From: an uncultured Holophagales bacterium
GTDB lineage: Bacteria > Acidobacteriota > Thermoanaerobaculia > Multivoradales > UBA5704
Assembly (NCBI GenBank): GCA_963842525.1
Contig: CAWJGT010000008.1
Span: 1 to 64,000, forward strand
Length of the DNA stretch: 64,000 nucleotides
Direction: 5' to 3'
This document shows positions 33,646-43,446 of this stretch, in pieces. Position 1 is the stretch's first letter. Each line of letters opens with the position of its first letter. Position numbers and translations under genes: made by a program. The notes beneath the pieces were generated by a model. That model was not told the origin of the DNA and did no database searches. It saw nothing but the letters and a program-made list of their open reading frames with translations.

Positions 33646-33885
33646 ATGGCCTCACGCATCAGCATCGAGTACTGCACGTCCTGAAACTATTACCCCCGCG
33701 CCGCCGGTCTGGCGGAGCAGATCGAGAAGAAGTTCGGGACCCGGCCGCAGCTCATCAAGAGCTACGGAGGGGTCTTCGAGGTCAAGGCGGACGACGAGCT
33801 CGTCTTCTCCAAGAAAAAGTTGGGACGGTTCCCCCAGCCGGGAGAGGTCGAAGGCCTCCTGGAGCAGAAGACTGCCGCATCCTAG
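33646..33885 (+). CDS. SelW/Rdx-family selenoprotein, 79 aa, CxxU motif; absent from the ORF track
   Basis: RBS AAGGAGGT; MASRISIEYCTS(TGA at 33682-33684)NYYPRAAGLAEQIEKKFG...GGVFEV...VFSKKKLGRFP..GEV, ending TAG 33883-33885. Confidence 0.93.
33698..33718 (+). promoter_or_regulatory. Bacterial SECIS-like hairpin
   Basis: ccgcc-GGTCT-ggcgg; the loop starts with G and lies 21 nt after the UGA. Confidence 0.7.
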
Positions 33886-35037
33886 TCACCCGTGTGAAGC
33901 GCTCGCGCCGCCTCCAGGAGGAGGCGGCGCGGGGCGCCCTTCCTCCCCTTTCCCAATTTCTTTCCCGACTAGCGGCGTCACCTGCGCCAGGAACTGCCCG
34001 GCCACCACGTCCCAGTCGTACTGCCGCGTGTGCGCCTGCCCGTGCCGTCCGTACGCCTCCCGCCGCGCCGGCTCGCGCAACAGGGTCGTCAGGGCCGCCG
34101 CCAGCGCATCCACGTCCCGCGGCGGCACCAGCAGCCCTGCCTGTCCGTCGGGGACCACCTCCGGGATCGCCGCGGCCCGTGTCGCCACCACCGGCAAGCC
34201 GCTTGCCATGGCCTCGAGGAACACGATCCCGAACCCCTCCTGCACGCTCGGCAGGCAGAACACGTCGGCATGACGATAGAGACGCGCCACGTCGTCGTCG
34301 TCCGCGACAGCGCCCAGGAACCGGACCGTGTCGCCGAGCCCCAACTCGGCCGCCAGCATGCGGAGCGCCGCGTGCTCAGGCCCATCGCCGACGACGACGG
34401 CATGCGCGGCCGGCACTGCGCGGCGCACTCGGGGCAGCGCGCGCAGCAGGTCGGCGATGTGTTTGCGCGGGTACTGGCGCGCCACGCACAGGATCGTCGA
34501 TCCGTCGCTGCGGCGCGGAGTCTGCGCGGCGATGCGCTGCCAGCGTGCCAGGTCGATCCCCTCGGGCACCAGACGGATACGCTCGACGGGGACGCCATAG
34601 TGGCGGACGATGGCGTCCTGGCAGTAGGCGCTGTCTGCCAGCACGATATCGGCCTGGCGGGCGTTGCGGCCTTCCAGGCGGGCGAGCGCCTGGAAGAGGA
34701 GGCGAGTGCGTCCCGACTCGTGGAGAAGCTCCTCGGCGATGACCCCCTTGATGGCTACGACGTAGGGCAGGGTGCCACGCGAGGAAGACCAGAAGACGCC
34801 GTCGAGGTCCGTGCCGACGACCAGATCGTAGTCGTGGGTGCGCCAGCGCGCACGGAGCCGTGCGTTGAAAAAGAGGCGGCGCAGGGTCAGGTTGCGAGGG
34901 CGCGGCCCGGCCGGCGCGATGCGGGTGACGAGGTGGCCGCGCGCGCGCAACGCCTCCACCAGGCCGCCGATGCCCACGGCCGTGCCGCTACCCTCAGCGC
35001 TGCTCTGGAGCCAGGAGTCGAGGAAGGCGATCTTCAC
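33886..35037 (-). CDS. Glycosyltransferase family 4
   Basis: FCLPSVQEGFGIVFLEAMASGLPVV. Confidence 0.92.
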   Translation of the reverse strand: MKIAFLDSWLQSSAEGSGTAVGIGGLVEALRARGHLVTRIAPAGPRPRNLTLRRLFFNARLRARWRTHDYDLVVGTDLDGVFWSSSRGTLPYVVAIKGVIAEELLHESGRTRLLFQALARLEGRNARQADIVLADSAYCQDAIVRHYGVPVERIRLVPEGIDLARWQRIAAQTPRRSDGSTILCVARQYPRKHIADLLRALPRVRRAVPAAHAVVVGDGPEHAALRMLAAELGLGDTVRFLGAVADDDDVARLYRHADVFCLPSVQEGFGIVFLEAMASGLPVVATRAAAIPEVVPDGQAGLLVPPRDVDALAAALTTLLREPARREAYGRHGQAHTRQYDWDVVAGQFLAQVTPLVGKEIGKGEEGRPAPPPPGGGASASHG

Positions 35038-35531
35038 GGGGCCTTGATCTCGGCTTCGTACCAGCATCGCTGGCCCGCCGACTCCTGCACCGAGACGGCC
35101 AGGGTGTCCACCCGCGAACCGGCGAGGCACGGCGCCAGCTCGTCCCAGAGCAGGCGCGCGAGCAGCTCCATCGAGGTGTTGACCAGCGGCAGCAGGAGGA
35201 TGTCGTCGGCGGGGAACCGGTAGACCCTGTCCGCGAAGCGCACCTCGACGGCCCCCTCCTGCTGGGACCAGTGCAGGTGCCGGCTCTCGGACGGCAGCAG
35301 GGTGCGGCTGTCCAGGCGGGCGCAGCGCTCCCGCAGCGTCCTCTTGAAGCTCTCGAGGTCAACCAGCAGCCCCTCCCCGTCCAGCCCTTCGCCGGACAGC
35401 TCGACCTGCACCTGGTAGTTGTGGCCGTGGAGGAGCTCGGCCCGGCCGTCGGGGAAGATCGTGAAGTGGGCGGCCGAGAACTTGATGTCCTCCTTGGCGA
35501 GGGCGATGCGGTAGCGGGGGAGGTTTGGCAT
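35034..35531 (-). CDS. 6-pyruvoyltetrahydropterin synthase/QueD family, ExxHGH (PTPS-III-type) motif
   Basis: FSAAHF, ELLHGHNY, TSMELLA and VQE. Confidence 0.85.
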   Translation of the reverse strand: MPNLPRYRIALAKEDIKFSAAHFTIFPDGRAELLHGHNYQVQVELSGEGLDGEGLLVDLESFKRTLRERCARLDSRTLLPSESRHLHWSQQEGAVEVRFADRVYRFPADDILLLPLVNTSMELLARLLWDELAPCLAGSRVDTLAVSVQESAGQRCWYEAEIKAP

Positions 35532-35749
35532 GAGGCCGATTCTATCCGCGCGCGCCGAACGCCCGGCGATGAATCGCCGGGCTAGCAATAGCGCCCCATG
35601 AATGGGGCTTGAAGCCGGGTTCACCCGGCGCTGTTCCTAGCCCGGGCATTCATGCCCGGGCGGCAGGGCGGCGCAGCTCACCTCAATGGGGGGCGCTGTA
35701 AGATGCTGCCGCTCCTCCTGCGTGGAGCCGCCAGAGAAAGGACGCGACC

Positions 35750-38365
35750 ATGCCCTTGTCCTCCCGTCCGGGCCTTGCCCGCGCGCTGCCGGTCCTGCTG
35801 CTGCTCCTCTTCGCCGCCGCGCCCGGGGCCCCCGAAGGGCGGCAGCCTTTTGCGCCCGACGCTCCTCCCCAGGACATGCCGGAGCGGACCTTCGACCTCC
35901 GGCACCTGCGGCTCGACCTCGTCTTCGATTGGAAGGAGGGCGAGGTCGCCGGGACCGCCACCAACACGCTCGCGCCGCTGCGCCCCGGGACCGACACCCT
36001 GGTCTTCCACGCCGCCGGCCTGCAGGTGTCGAAGGTGCGGCTTGCCGGCGCGGAGCTGCGGTTCTCGTTCGACCCCAAAGCCGAGACCCTGACCGTACGG
36101 CTCGGCCGCGCCTATGGCCCCGACGACGTGCTCGATGTGGCCGTCGACTACACGGCCCGCCCGCGCGCCGGCCTCTATTTCGTCGGGCCGGACGAGGGTT
36201 ATCCCGACAAGCCGCGCCAGGTCTACTCGCAGGGAGAGCCCGACCTCAACCGCCACTGGTTCCCGAGCTGGGACTACCCCAACGACCGCACCACCAGCGA
36301 GCTGCTCGCCACGGTCGAACGCCCCCTCCAGGTCGTCGGCAACGGCAAGCTGGTCGAGGTGCTCGACCGGCCCGACAGCCGGCGTACCTATCACTGGCGG
36401 ATGGAGGAGGCGCATACCACCTACCTCGTCTCGATCGTGGCGGGCGAATTCGTCCGGGTGGCCGACCAGTGGAACGGAATCCAGATCGAGTACTACGTCC
36501 AGCCCGGCCGGGAGGAGGAGGCCCGCCGCTCCTTCGGTGACACGCCGAAGATGATGGAGTACTTTTCGACCGTCACCGGCCGGCCCTATCCCTACGCCAA
36601 GTACGCCCAGAGCACGGTCGTCGACTACATGTGGGGCGGCATGGAGAACATCACCGCCACCACCCAGACCGAGCGGACGCTGCACGACGCCCGCGCCGCG
36701 CTCGACATTTCGAGCGAGGGCCTGGTGGCCCACGAGCTCGCGCATCAATGGTTCGGCGACCTCGTCACCTGCCGGAGCTGGGAGCACGCCTGGCTCAACG
36801 AGGGCTTCGCCGACTACATGACCGCCCTCTGGGACCGGCACGCCCACGGGCCGGATGAATTCGCCTGGGAGGTGGACGACCTGCGGCGTGCCTACTTCGC
36901 CGAGGACAAGGACGAATACCGGCGGCCCATCGCCACCAAGCGCTACGCCGACCCGATCCAGTTGTTCGATGCCCACACCTACGAAAAAGGGGCGCTCGTC
37001 CTGCGCATGGTCCACGGCCTCCTGGGCGAGGAGACCTGGTGGCGGGCGGTGCGTCAGTACCTCGCGCGTTTCGCCGGCCGGACGGTGACCACCGCCGACT
37101 TCCAGGGCCTCTTCGACGAAGTCTCGGGCATCCCGCTCAGCCCCGTTGTCGAACAGTACGTCCAGGGCGCCGGCCATCCTGAGCTTGCGATTCGCTGGGA
37201 CTGGCGGCCCAAGGAGCGCATGGTGCGCCTCGCCGTCGAGCAGACCCAGCAGGTGACCGGCGAGACCGGGTTCTTCGCGCTTCCGGTCGAGATCGGGCTG
37301 GTGGGAGAAAAAGGGATCGAAATCCGCCGCGTGCAGCTCGAGCCGCGACGCTTCCAGGATCTCGACCTGCCCAGCGAGGAGCGCCCGCGTACGATCGTCT
37401 TCGACCCCAGCGCCTGGACGCTCGCCACGGTCGTCTTCGACAAGCCGCTCGCCGAGTGGATCGTCCAACTGGAGGCCGCGGACGGCCTGGCCATGAAGCT
37501 CGAAGCCCTGCGCGCCCTCGGCGAGACGGGAGGCGGCATGGCCAAAGGGGAGGCCGAGGCGGCGCTCGGACAGGCACTCCGCGAAGAGCCGTTCCGCGGC
37601 GCCCGCCAGGTCGCGGCGCAGTCGCTGGCAAAGCTCGGCACCGATGCCGCGCTGGCCGAGCTGAAGGCCGGCCTGAAAGACCGCGAAGGCCGCGTGCGCA
37701 CGGAGATCCTGAAAGCCCTGGGCTCCTTCCCGCAGCACCGCGAGCTGGTGCCGGTCCTCGTGCGAGCCCTGGAGCAGGAGGAAGGACCCTATGCGCGGGC
37801 CGCAGCCGCCGAGTCTCTGGGGCATTTCGAGGAATTCCGCGCCGAGGCATCTCCGGCGCTCCTCCGAGCCCTCTCCCAGAAGAGCCACGGGGATGTGATC
37901 ACCGGAACGGCGATCAAGGCCCTGGCCGACCTCGGGGCGCCGCAGACCTTCGACCATGCGGTCCGCCTGGCGCGCTACGGAGCGCCGATCAACAGCCGCG
38001 ACGACGCCTTCCTTGCCCTGGCCAAATACGCCACGAAGCAGGGTCCTGACGTGCGCACGAAGGCCCGCCGCGTCCTGGAAAGCTACCTCGACGACCCCTC
38101 CTATCTGGCACGGCGCGGTCTCTATCCAGCCCTGGCCGAGCTCGGCGATCCAGCCGCAATCCCGGCGCTCGAAAGGGCCGCGCGCAACGAAACGGACGCC
38201 CAGCAGCGCCTGAACGCCGAGGACGCCATCGCCAAGCTGCGCGAAGCGCCGACCGAGCCGGTCTCCACCGAGGTGGCGGCGGATCGTCTCCAGCAGCTCG
38301 AACGGGAGGCTGAGGTGCTCCGCCAGAGGGTTGACGAGCTGGAGGAGGAGACCTCACCTCCCTGA
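35750..38365 (+). CDS. Secreted M1 aminopeptidase with C-terminal HEAT repeats
   Basis: Signal peptide, GGMEN, HELAHQWFG..WLNEGFA and YEKG. Confidence 0.93.
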   Translation: MPLSSRPGLARALPVLLLLLFAAAPGAPEGRQPFAPDAPPQDMPERTFDLRHLRLDLVFDWKEGEVAGTATNTLAPLRPGTDTLVFHAAGLQVSKVRLAGAELRFSFDPKAETLTVRLGRAYGPDDVLDVAVDYTARPRAGLYFVGPDEGYPDKPRQVYSQGEPDLNRHWFPSWDYPNDRTTSELLATVERPLQVVGNGKLVEVLDRPDSRRTYHWRMEEAHTTYLVSIVAGEFVRVADQWNGIQIEYYVQPGREEEARRSFGDTPKMMEYFSTVTGRPYPYAKYAQSTVVDYMWGGMENITATTQTERTLHDARAALDISSEGLVAHELAHQWFGDLVTCRSWEHAWLNEGFADYMTALWDRHAHGPDEFAWEVDDLRRAYFAEDKDEYRRPIATKRYADPIQLFDAHTYEKGALVLRMVHGLLGEETWWRAVRQYLARFAGRTVTTADFQGLFDEVSGIPLSPVVEQYVQGAGHPELAIRWDWRPKERMVRLAVEQTQQVTGETGFFALPVEIGLVGEKGIEIRRVQLEPRRFQDLDLPSEERPRTIVFDPSAWTLATVVFDKPLAEWIVQLEAADGLAMKLEALRALGETGGGMAKGEAEAALGQALREEPFRGARQVAAQSLAKLGTDAALAELKAGLKDREGRVRTEILKALGSFPQHRELVPVLVRALEQEEGPYARAAAAESLGHFEEFRAEASPALLRALSQKSHGDVITGTAIKALADLGAPQTFDHAVRLARYGAPINSRDDAFLALAKYATKQGPDVRTKARRVLESYLDDPSYLARRGLYPALAELGDPAAIPALERAARNETDAQQRLNAEDAIAKLREAPTEPVSTEVAADRLQQLEREAEVLRQRVDELEEETSPP

Positions 38366-38408
38366 CCCAAGGGGAAGTCTGTTACAGTGTTTTCCGAGGA
38401 GGCCGAAG

Positions 38409-38660
38409 ATGGCCAACGTGATGATCGAGCTGCCCGATGAGGTGTATGAAGCCCTCCGCCGCTCGCCGAGCGAGGTGCAAAGGGATCTGCGTCTCGCCGC
38501 TGCCATTCGTTGGTACTCCCAAGGGCTGATCTCCCAGGAACGGGCAGCCATGGCGGCCGGCATGGACCGCACGGATTTCCTGATGGCGCTTGCCCGTGAG
38601 CAGGTCGACGCCTTCCATGTCGACCTCGACCAGCTTGCGAGAGAGATCGCAGGTGAGTGA
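38409..38660 (+). CDS. UPF0175-family putative antitoxin
   Basis: LAAAIRWYSQGLISQERAAMAAGMDR.DF; RBS GAGGAGG. Confidence 0.85.
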   Translation: MANVMIELPDEVYEALRRSPSEVQRDLRLAAAIRWYSQGLISQERAAMAAGMDRTDFLMALAREQVDAFHVDLDQLAREIAGE

Positions 38661-38775
38661 AGCTCCGGTTGTCAATTCCTCCCCTCTGCTCTACCTCGCT
38701 CACTCGCTGATCCCCTGGCGTCTTCATGCATGGTTTGACGGCGTCCTGGGTTGCTTGCCCACCAACCTCCGCTGA
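38653..38775 (+). pseudogene. 5' remnant of a DUF3368/PIN toxin
   Basis: VSEAPVVNSSPLLYLA resembles the DUF3368 N-terminus, overlaps the antitoxin stop, then loses similarity. Confidence 0.6.
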
Positions 38776-40420
38776 GCCGGTTCCCTGGGCTAGAATTCGC
38801 AGATGCCCTCCGTCTTCCTGAGCTACAGCCACAAGGACGAGGTGTGGAAAGACCGCCTCCAGACCCACCTCCGTGTCCTGGAAAAGCAGGGACTCCTCGA
38901 GACCTGGGAGGACCGGCGCATCGGAGGCGGGTCCGGCTGGCTTGAGGACATCCAGGAGGCCATGGAGCGCGCGAGCGTCGCCGTGCTCCTCATCTCGGCC
39001 GACTTCCTGACTTCGGAATTCATTCTTAAGGAGGAGGTTCCCCGACTACTCCAACGACAACGAGAGAGCGGGCTGTCTGTCCTTCCAGTGATCGTTCGCT
39101 CCTGCGCCTGGAAGGAGGTCGGCTGGTTCCGTGAGATCCAGGTCCTACCTCCTGATGGGAAGCCACTCGCCAGCTTCACGGGAGATCGACGCGACGCCGA
39201 GTTAGCGAACATCGCTCTCGAAATCCGGCGGATGCTGCGCGCAGAGGACGCCCTCGCCCGCCGGGAACAGGCCAACCTCGCTGGCCACGATCTGCGCGGT
39301 AAGGACCTCTCGGGCCAGGATCTCTCTGGCGCGGATCTGAGCGGAGCGGACCTCACTGCGGCCCGGCTGGTCGGAACCCGCCTGGCCTCGGCACGGCTGA
39401 TCAAAGCTCGGCTTCGGGAGGCTGACCTCAACACGGCCCTGCTGACCGGTGCAGACCTCACCGGTGCCGATCTCACCGGCGCTCGGCTGGTCGGAGCAGA
39501 TTTGCGAGGGGCTCACCTGGAACAGGCCCGCCTCCGGCACGCCAAGCTCCTGGGTGCCGTGCTCGACGCTGGGGCCTTCGAGGAGTCCGATACGTTCGGT
39601 GCCGCTTGGAGCCATCTCGGCGATCTCGGCGTACAGATACGCGCGAAGAGGGTATGCCAGACCGTCGCCTGGAGCCCGGACGGCGAGCTCCTGGCGAGTA
39701 CTCATGAGAACTTGGTGTTTATTTGGAATGCCAACTGCAGACGCGAGATCCGTGCCTTAGTGGGACACCAAAGCACGGTCTGGAGCGTGGGCTTCAGCCC
39801 TGACGGCAAGACCATTGCCAGCGCCTCCTCCGACAACACCGTGCGGCTCTGGCAGACCGACTCCGGCTCGGAAATCAAAACCTTGACCGGACACCAAGAT
39901 ACGGTTTGGAGCGTGACCTTCAGCCCTGACGGCAAGACCATTGCCAGCGCCTCCTCCGACAACACCGTGCGGCTCTGGCAGACCGACTCCGGCTCGGAAA
40001 TCAAAATCTTGACCGGACACCAAGATACGGTTTGGAGCGTGACCTTCAGCCCTGACGGCAAGACCATTGCCAGCGCCTCCTCCGACAACACCGTGCGGCT
40101 CTGGCAGACCAACTCCGGCTCGGAAATCAAAACCTTGACCGGACACCAAGAGTGGGTCAGGAGCGTGGTCTTCAGCCCTGACGGCAAGACCCTCGCCAGT
40201 GCCTCCGACGACAACACCGTGCGACTGTGGCCGACTGAGTTCGGCTCGGAAATCAAAACCTTGACCGGTGTCGAGTCCCGCGTAATTCCGTGGCCACCTT
40301 TTCGAAATATTTCGTGGCGGACAGAAGGGGGAAGAGAGCAGTCCCGGATTGGGCCGGGTGGCGGTGGAATCCGGGACTGTTTTTGACCGAAGGGGCCGAG
40401 TTTTCAGCAGTTGCTTTGAT

Positions 40421-40663
40421 TCATTCTGGTCTTCGCGCCCAGGAGTTGGCAATCCAGCGCCGCAGGCCGACACGGACGTTCTTGAAACGGGCGGCCGGCC
40501 GGTTGTTGTGATACCACCTGAAGGTCTTGGTCTCCTCGAGAATGTTGAGATCCTGGAAGTCTGCGATCAGCTCGTCGACAAACTCTTCGTCGAGCTTGCG
40601 ATCGAACGGGTACTCGGGGACCTGGTTTTGCAGGTAGTCGAGGATGGGTTCGGGTGTGTTCAT
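40421..40663 (-). CDS. Transposon accessory protein, 80 aa, unknown function
   Basis: ATGA overlap with the ATPase stop; helical with W/R-rich C-terminus. Confidence 0.75.
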   Translation of the reverse strand: MNTPEPILDYLQNQVPEYPFDRKLDEEFVDELIADFQDLNILEETKTFRWYHNNRPAARFKNVRVGLRRWIANSWARRPE

Positions 40664-41466
40664 GAGCGCATCTCCTCGGCGGCTTGCAGGACGTGCTCGG
40701 GCTCGACGAGCTTGGCTCTGGAAGTGGCTGCGGCGGCCAGGGCGTGGTGGGCCAGGGTGTCGATTCTGCGCATGATGCCCTGGGAGGCTTCAAAGAGGGC
40801 TTCCTGGGCGGGGGCGGTGAAGAGGGGTCGATCCAGGCCGGCGATCTTGAGGCGATGTTCGAGGTAGCAGCAGGTGGTGTCTCGGTCGAAGCCGCGCAGG
40901 GTGAAGCGGATGGTGATGCGCTGAGCGAGGGCCTCCAGATGCGACAGGCGCAGGATCTGTCGCAATCCGGATTGACCGGCCAGGAGAAAGGCAAGCCGTC
41001 CTTCTGCGTCCCATTCAAAGTTGGCGAGCAGGGGGAAGAGGGCGAGGACGTCGGGCCTGAGGTTGTGGGCTTCGTCGACGATGAGCAGGACGGTTATGTG
41101 GCGGTCTTTGACGAGGCGTTGGATCTCTTGCTGGACGAGGCGGAAGGTCATGGCGCGAGACCATTCGGGCTGGAGGCCGAGTGCAAGGGCGAGTTGGCGG
41201 CAGAAGTCGGCGGGGTTGACCAGGGTGTCGTGCAGGTACACAGCGCGCACCTGGTCGGGGTGGAGATCGTCGCGCAGTCGCCTCAGGGCGGTGGTTTTGC
41301 CGCTGCCCGGCTCGCCGGTGAGCAGGCCGATGGCCCTGGAGTCGACCAGGTAGCGCAGACGGCTGTGGAGCTCTTCGAGCCCCTGAGGCCGAAACAGAGA
41401 GTCGGCGGTGAGGGGGCCGTGGAAGGGCGGCCGGGTGAAGCCGAAGGCGGTGGTATAGAGGTTCAC
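40660..41466 (-). CDS. ExeA/TnsC-like AAA+ ATPase
   Basis: GEPGSGKT Walker A, LIVDEAH Walker B, LAGQ and ALAQRI. Confidence 0.92.
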   Translation of the reverse strand: MNLYTTAFGFTRPPFHGPLTADSLFRPQGLEELHSRLRYLVDSRAIGLLTGEPGSGKTTALRRLRDDLHPDQVRAVYLHDTLVNPADFCRQLALALGLQPEWSRAMTFRLVQQEIQRLVKDRHITVLLIVDEAHNLRPDVLALFPLLANFEWDAEGRLAFLLAGQSGLRQILRLSHLEALAQRITIRFTLRGFDRDTTCCYLEHRLKIAGLDRPLFTAPAQEALFEASQGIMRRIDTLAHHALAAAATSRAKLVEPEHVLQAAEEMRS

Positions 41467-42791
41467 TGGGGCTCCCCCTGATAGAACTTCTTGGCGATGA
41501 GCTCGAGGTAGCTGATGCCGGTGGTGGGCGCTTCTCTGGCCGGCTCGCTGTTTCTTTCGAGTCGGCGCAGGGTGGCGTTGGTGGCGAGGTCGAGCCGGCG
41601 CAGAGGCAGCTCGGCGCTCTGGCCTTTGCGGCAAAAGTGGACGGGCCGGGCGGGGTCATAGGGATCGTAGAGGACGTCGACGGTCTCACCGGCATAGCCA
41701 TCGGGAGCCTCATAGAGACGGCCGTCGAGGTGGACGGTGCGGTCGCGGCCGACCCGGCGGGTGACCTTCATGCGCAGCCAGGCCTCCAGGTGCTCGGGGG
41801 CCGGGCGGATCAGGGCCTGGTCCTTCAGAAAGCGGTCCAGAGGCGTTTGCCCGTCCAGGCCGCCGTGGGCAGTCTGGTGATACTCGCCCTCCAGCCAGGC
41901 CCAGAAGACGCGGTTGAGCTGGGCCAGATCGGCGAGGACCTCGCTGGTGAGGTGGGGGACAAAGGCGGTGCGGACGTGGCGGAAGAAGCGCTCGATCTTG
42001 CCGCGACCGCGCGGCTTGTGGGGCCGGGAGTGGACCAGGGAGATGTTCAGCGTGGCGCAGATGACCTGCAGGTGGTGGGTGCGGAAGGTGGCGCCGTTGT
42101 CGCAGTAGAGCCGTCGCGGCAGGCCGCGGCGCAGCAGAGCCTGCTTCAGAGCGTCCTGGAAGCAGGCGGCGTTTTCGGCCAGGTAGAAGGCGGCAAACGG
42201 CACCATGCGCGAGGCGTCATCGAGGAAGGCGTAGAGGTAGGTCTTGCCGCCGTCCTTGCGCCCCGGCACCAGCAGGCGGGGCCCGTGCATCAGGTCGGAG
42301 GTCCACAGGTCGTTGACATGCGGAAAGGTGAAAGCCAAAGCGTCCGGCTCGGCGCTGGACCCTTGGCGGGCCGGCACCGCCTGGGCGGCGAAGAAGCGGT
42401 GCACGCTGCTGCGCGACAGCCGCAGATTGGGCGCAAAGCGGCCGCACAGATGCACGGCGCGGATCAGGCTGTCGAGCGAAGCACCGGGCCGCTCGGCCCG
42501 CAGCGCCAGCAGCAGATCCTGCACCTCCTCCGGGATCGCCCGCGAGCGCCCGGCATCGGTACGCGGGCCCGGCTTGAGCCCCTCAAACCCATGGATCTGG
42601 TACAGCTCGAGCCAATCTCGCACCGTCGAACGGCCGACGTGGCTGCGCGCGCTGCCCGGGATCGTCCACGTCTTTTCCGCGATCGCACACAACAGCTTCT
42701 CTTTTTCGCGTGGCGCCAACGGCCGGCTGATCAGCTCGGCAATGACGCTGTGGCGAAACAACGCAATCTGCTCTCTTTGGCTCTCATCCAT
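41463..42791 (-). CDS. DDE integrase/transposase with HTH and Mu-transposase-like C-terminus
   Basis: WTSDLMHG, FLDDASR, LYCDNGA, RGKIERFF and RRVGRDRTVHLDGRLYE. Confidence 0.93.
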   Translation of the reverse strand: MDESQREQIALFRHSVIAELISRPLAPREKEKLLCAIAEKTWTIPGSARSHVGRSTVRDWLELYQIHGFEGLKPGPRTDAGRSRAIPEEVQDLLLALRAERPGASLDSLIRAVHLCGRFAPNLRLSRSSVHRFFAAQAVPARQGSSAEPDALAFTFPHVNDLWTSDLMHGPRLLVPGRKDGGKTYLYAFLDDASRMVPFAAFYLAENAACFQDALKQALLRRGLPRRLYCDNGATFRTHHLQVICATLNISLVHSRPHKPRGRGKIERFFRHVRTAFVPHLTSEVLADLAQLNRVFWAWLEGEYHQTAHGGLDGQTPLDRFLKDQALIRPAPEHLEAWLRMKVTRRVGRDRTVHLDGRLYEAPDGYAGETVDVLYDPYDPARPVHFCRKGQSAELPLRRLDLATNATLRRLERNSEPAREAPTTGISYLELIAKKFYQGEPQ

Positions 42792-42882
42792 CGCACGAAG
42801 TCTCCGCAATCGGGCTCTGGGACCATCCCACAGCCCCCGCCAGTAGCTTCGTGGCAGAACCCTGCGATGGGTAGTTACCAAC

Positions 42883-43446
42883 CTATGGAGAGGCCTCCCC
42901 TGACCGCCAGGACGGCCGGCCGTGGCGGAACAGTCCGCTCACTCCGCCGAAAAAGCAGCCCCAGGACGACCACAGAAAGTGCCGCAGCCGCGTCAACCAA
43001 CCCGCCGCCTGGCCCACCACCTCCTGCGCCCCCCGCCACCACGGAGCCGGCACTGGCCCCAGCAGCGCCTGCAGCTTGGCGGCAAAGGGCTCGTGCGCGC
43101 TGCGCAGCCAACCCCGCACCCGCCGCACCCCCGAACTGCCGCACTGCCCTGAAACCTCGGCGCCTTCGCTCGGACTCCCCGCAGCCAGACCCGCCTCCAC
43201 GGCCGCCAAGGTCAAATCGCGATAGGCGCACACGTCCTCCGGCAACACCGCATGGCTGACCCTGCAACGCGGGCACCGCACCCGCCGCAAGGCCTGAAGC
43301 ACTCCTGCGAGGAAGCGCTTGTAGGAGCCGTGGCCCCGCAGACGGGTCCTCTGACAATCCGGATCCGGGCAGCTCAGCTCGGGAACCGCCCCGCCGTCCA
43401 TCTGCTCTCGATACTGCTTGCAGCCCACGCCCTTCAGACTTAACAT
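42883..43446 (-). CDS. DUF6431-like zinc-ribbon/HTH protein
   Basis: CPDPDC..GHGSYKR..RVRCPRCRVSHAVLP; RBS GAGGAGG. Confidence 0.75.
   Translation of the reverse strand: MLSLKGVGCKQYREQMDGGAVPELSCPDPDCQRTRLRGHGSYKRFLAGVLQALRRVRCPRCRVSHAVLPEDVCAYRDLTLAAVEAGLAAGSPSEGAEVSGQCGSSGVRRVRGWLRSAHEPFAAKLQALLGPVPAPWWRGAQEVVGQAAGWLTRLRHFLWSSWGCFFGGVSGLFRHGRPSWRSGEASP

Noticed and set aside
33426-34742. 438-aa plus-strand ORF
   Set aside because: Overlaps the selenoprotein in another frame and the GT4 gene in antisense; low-complexity Arg/Pro translation.
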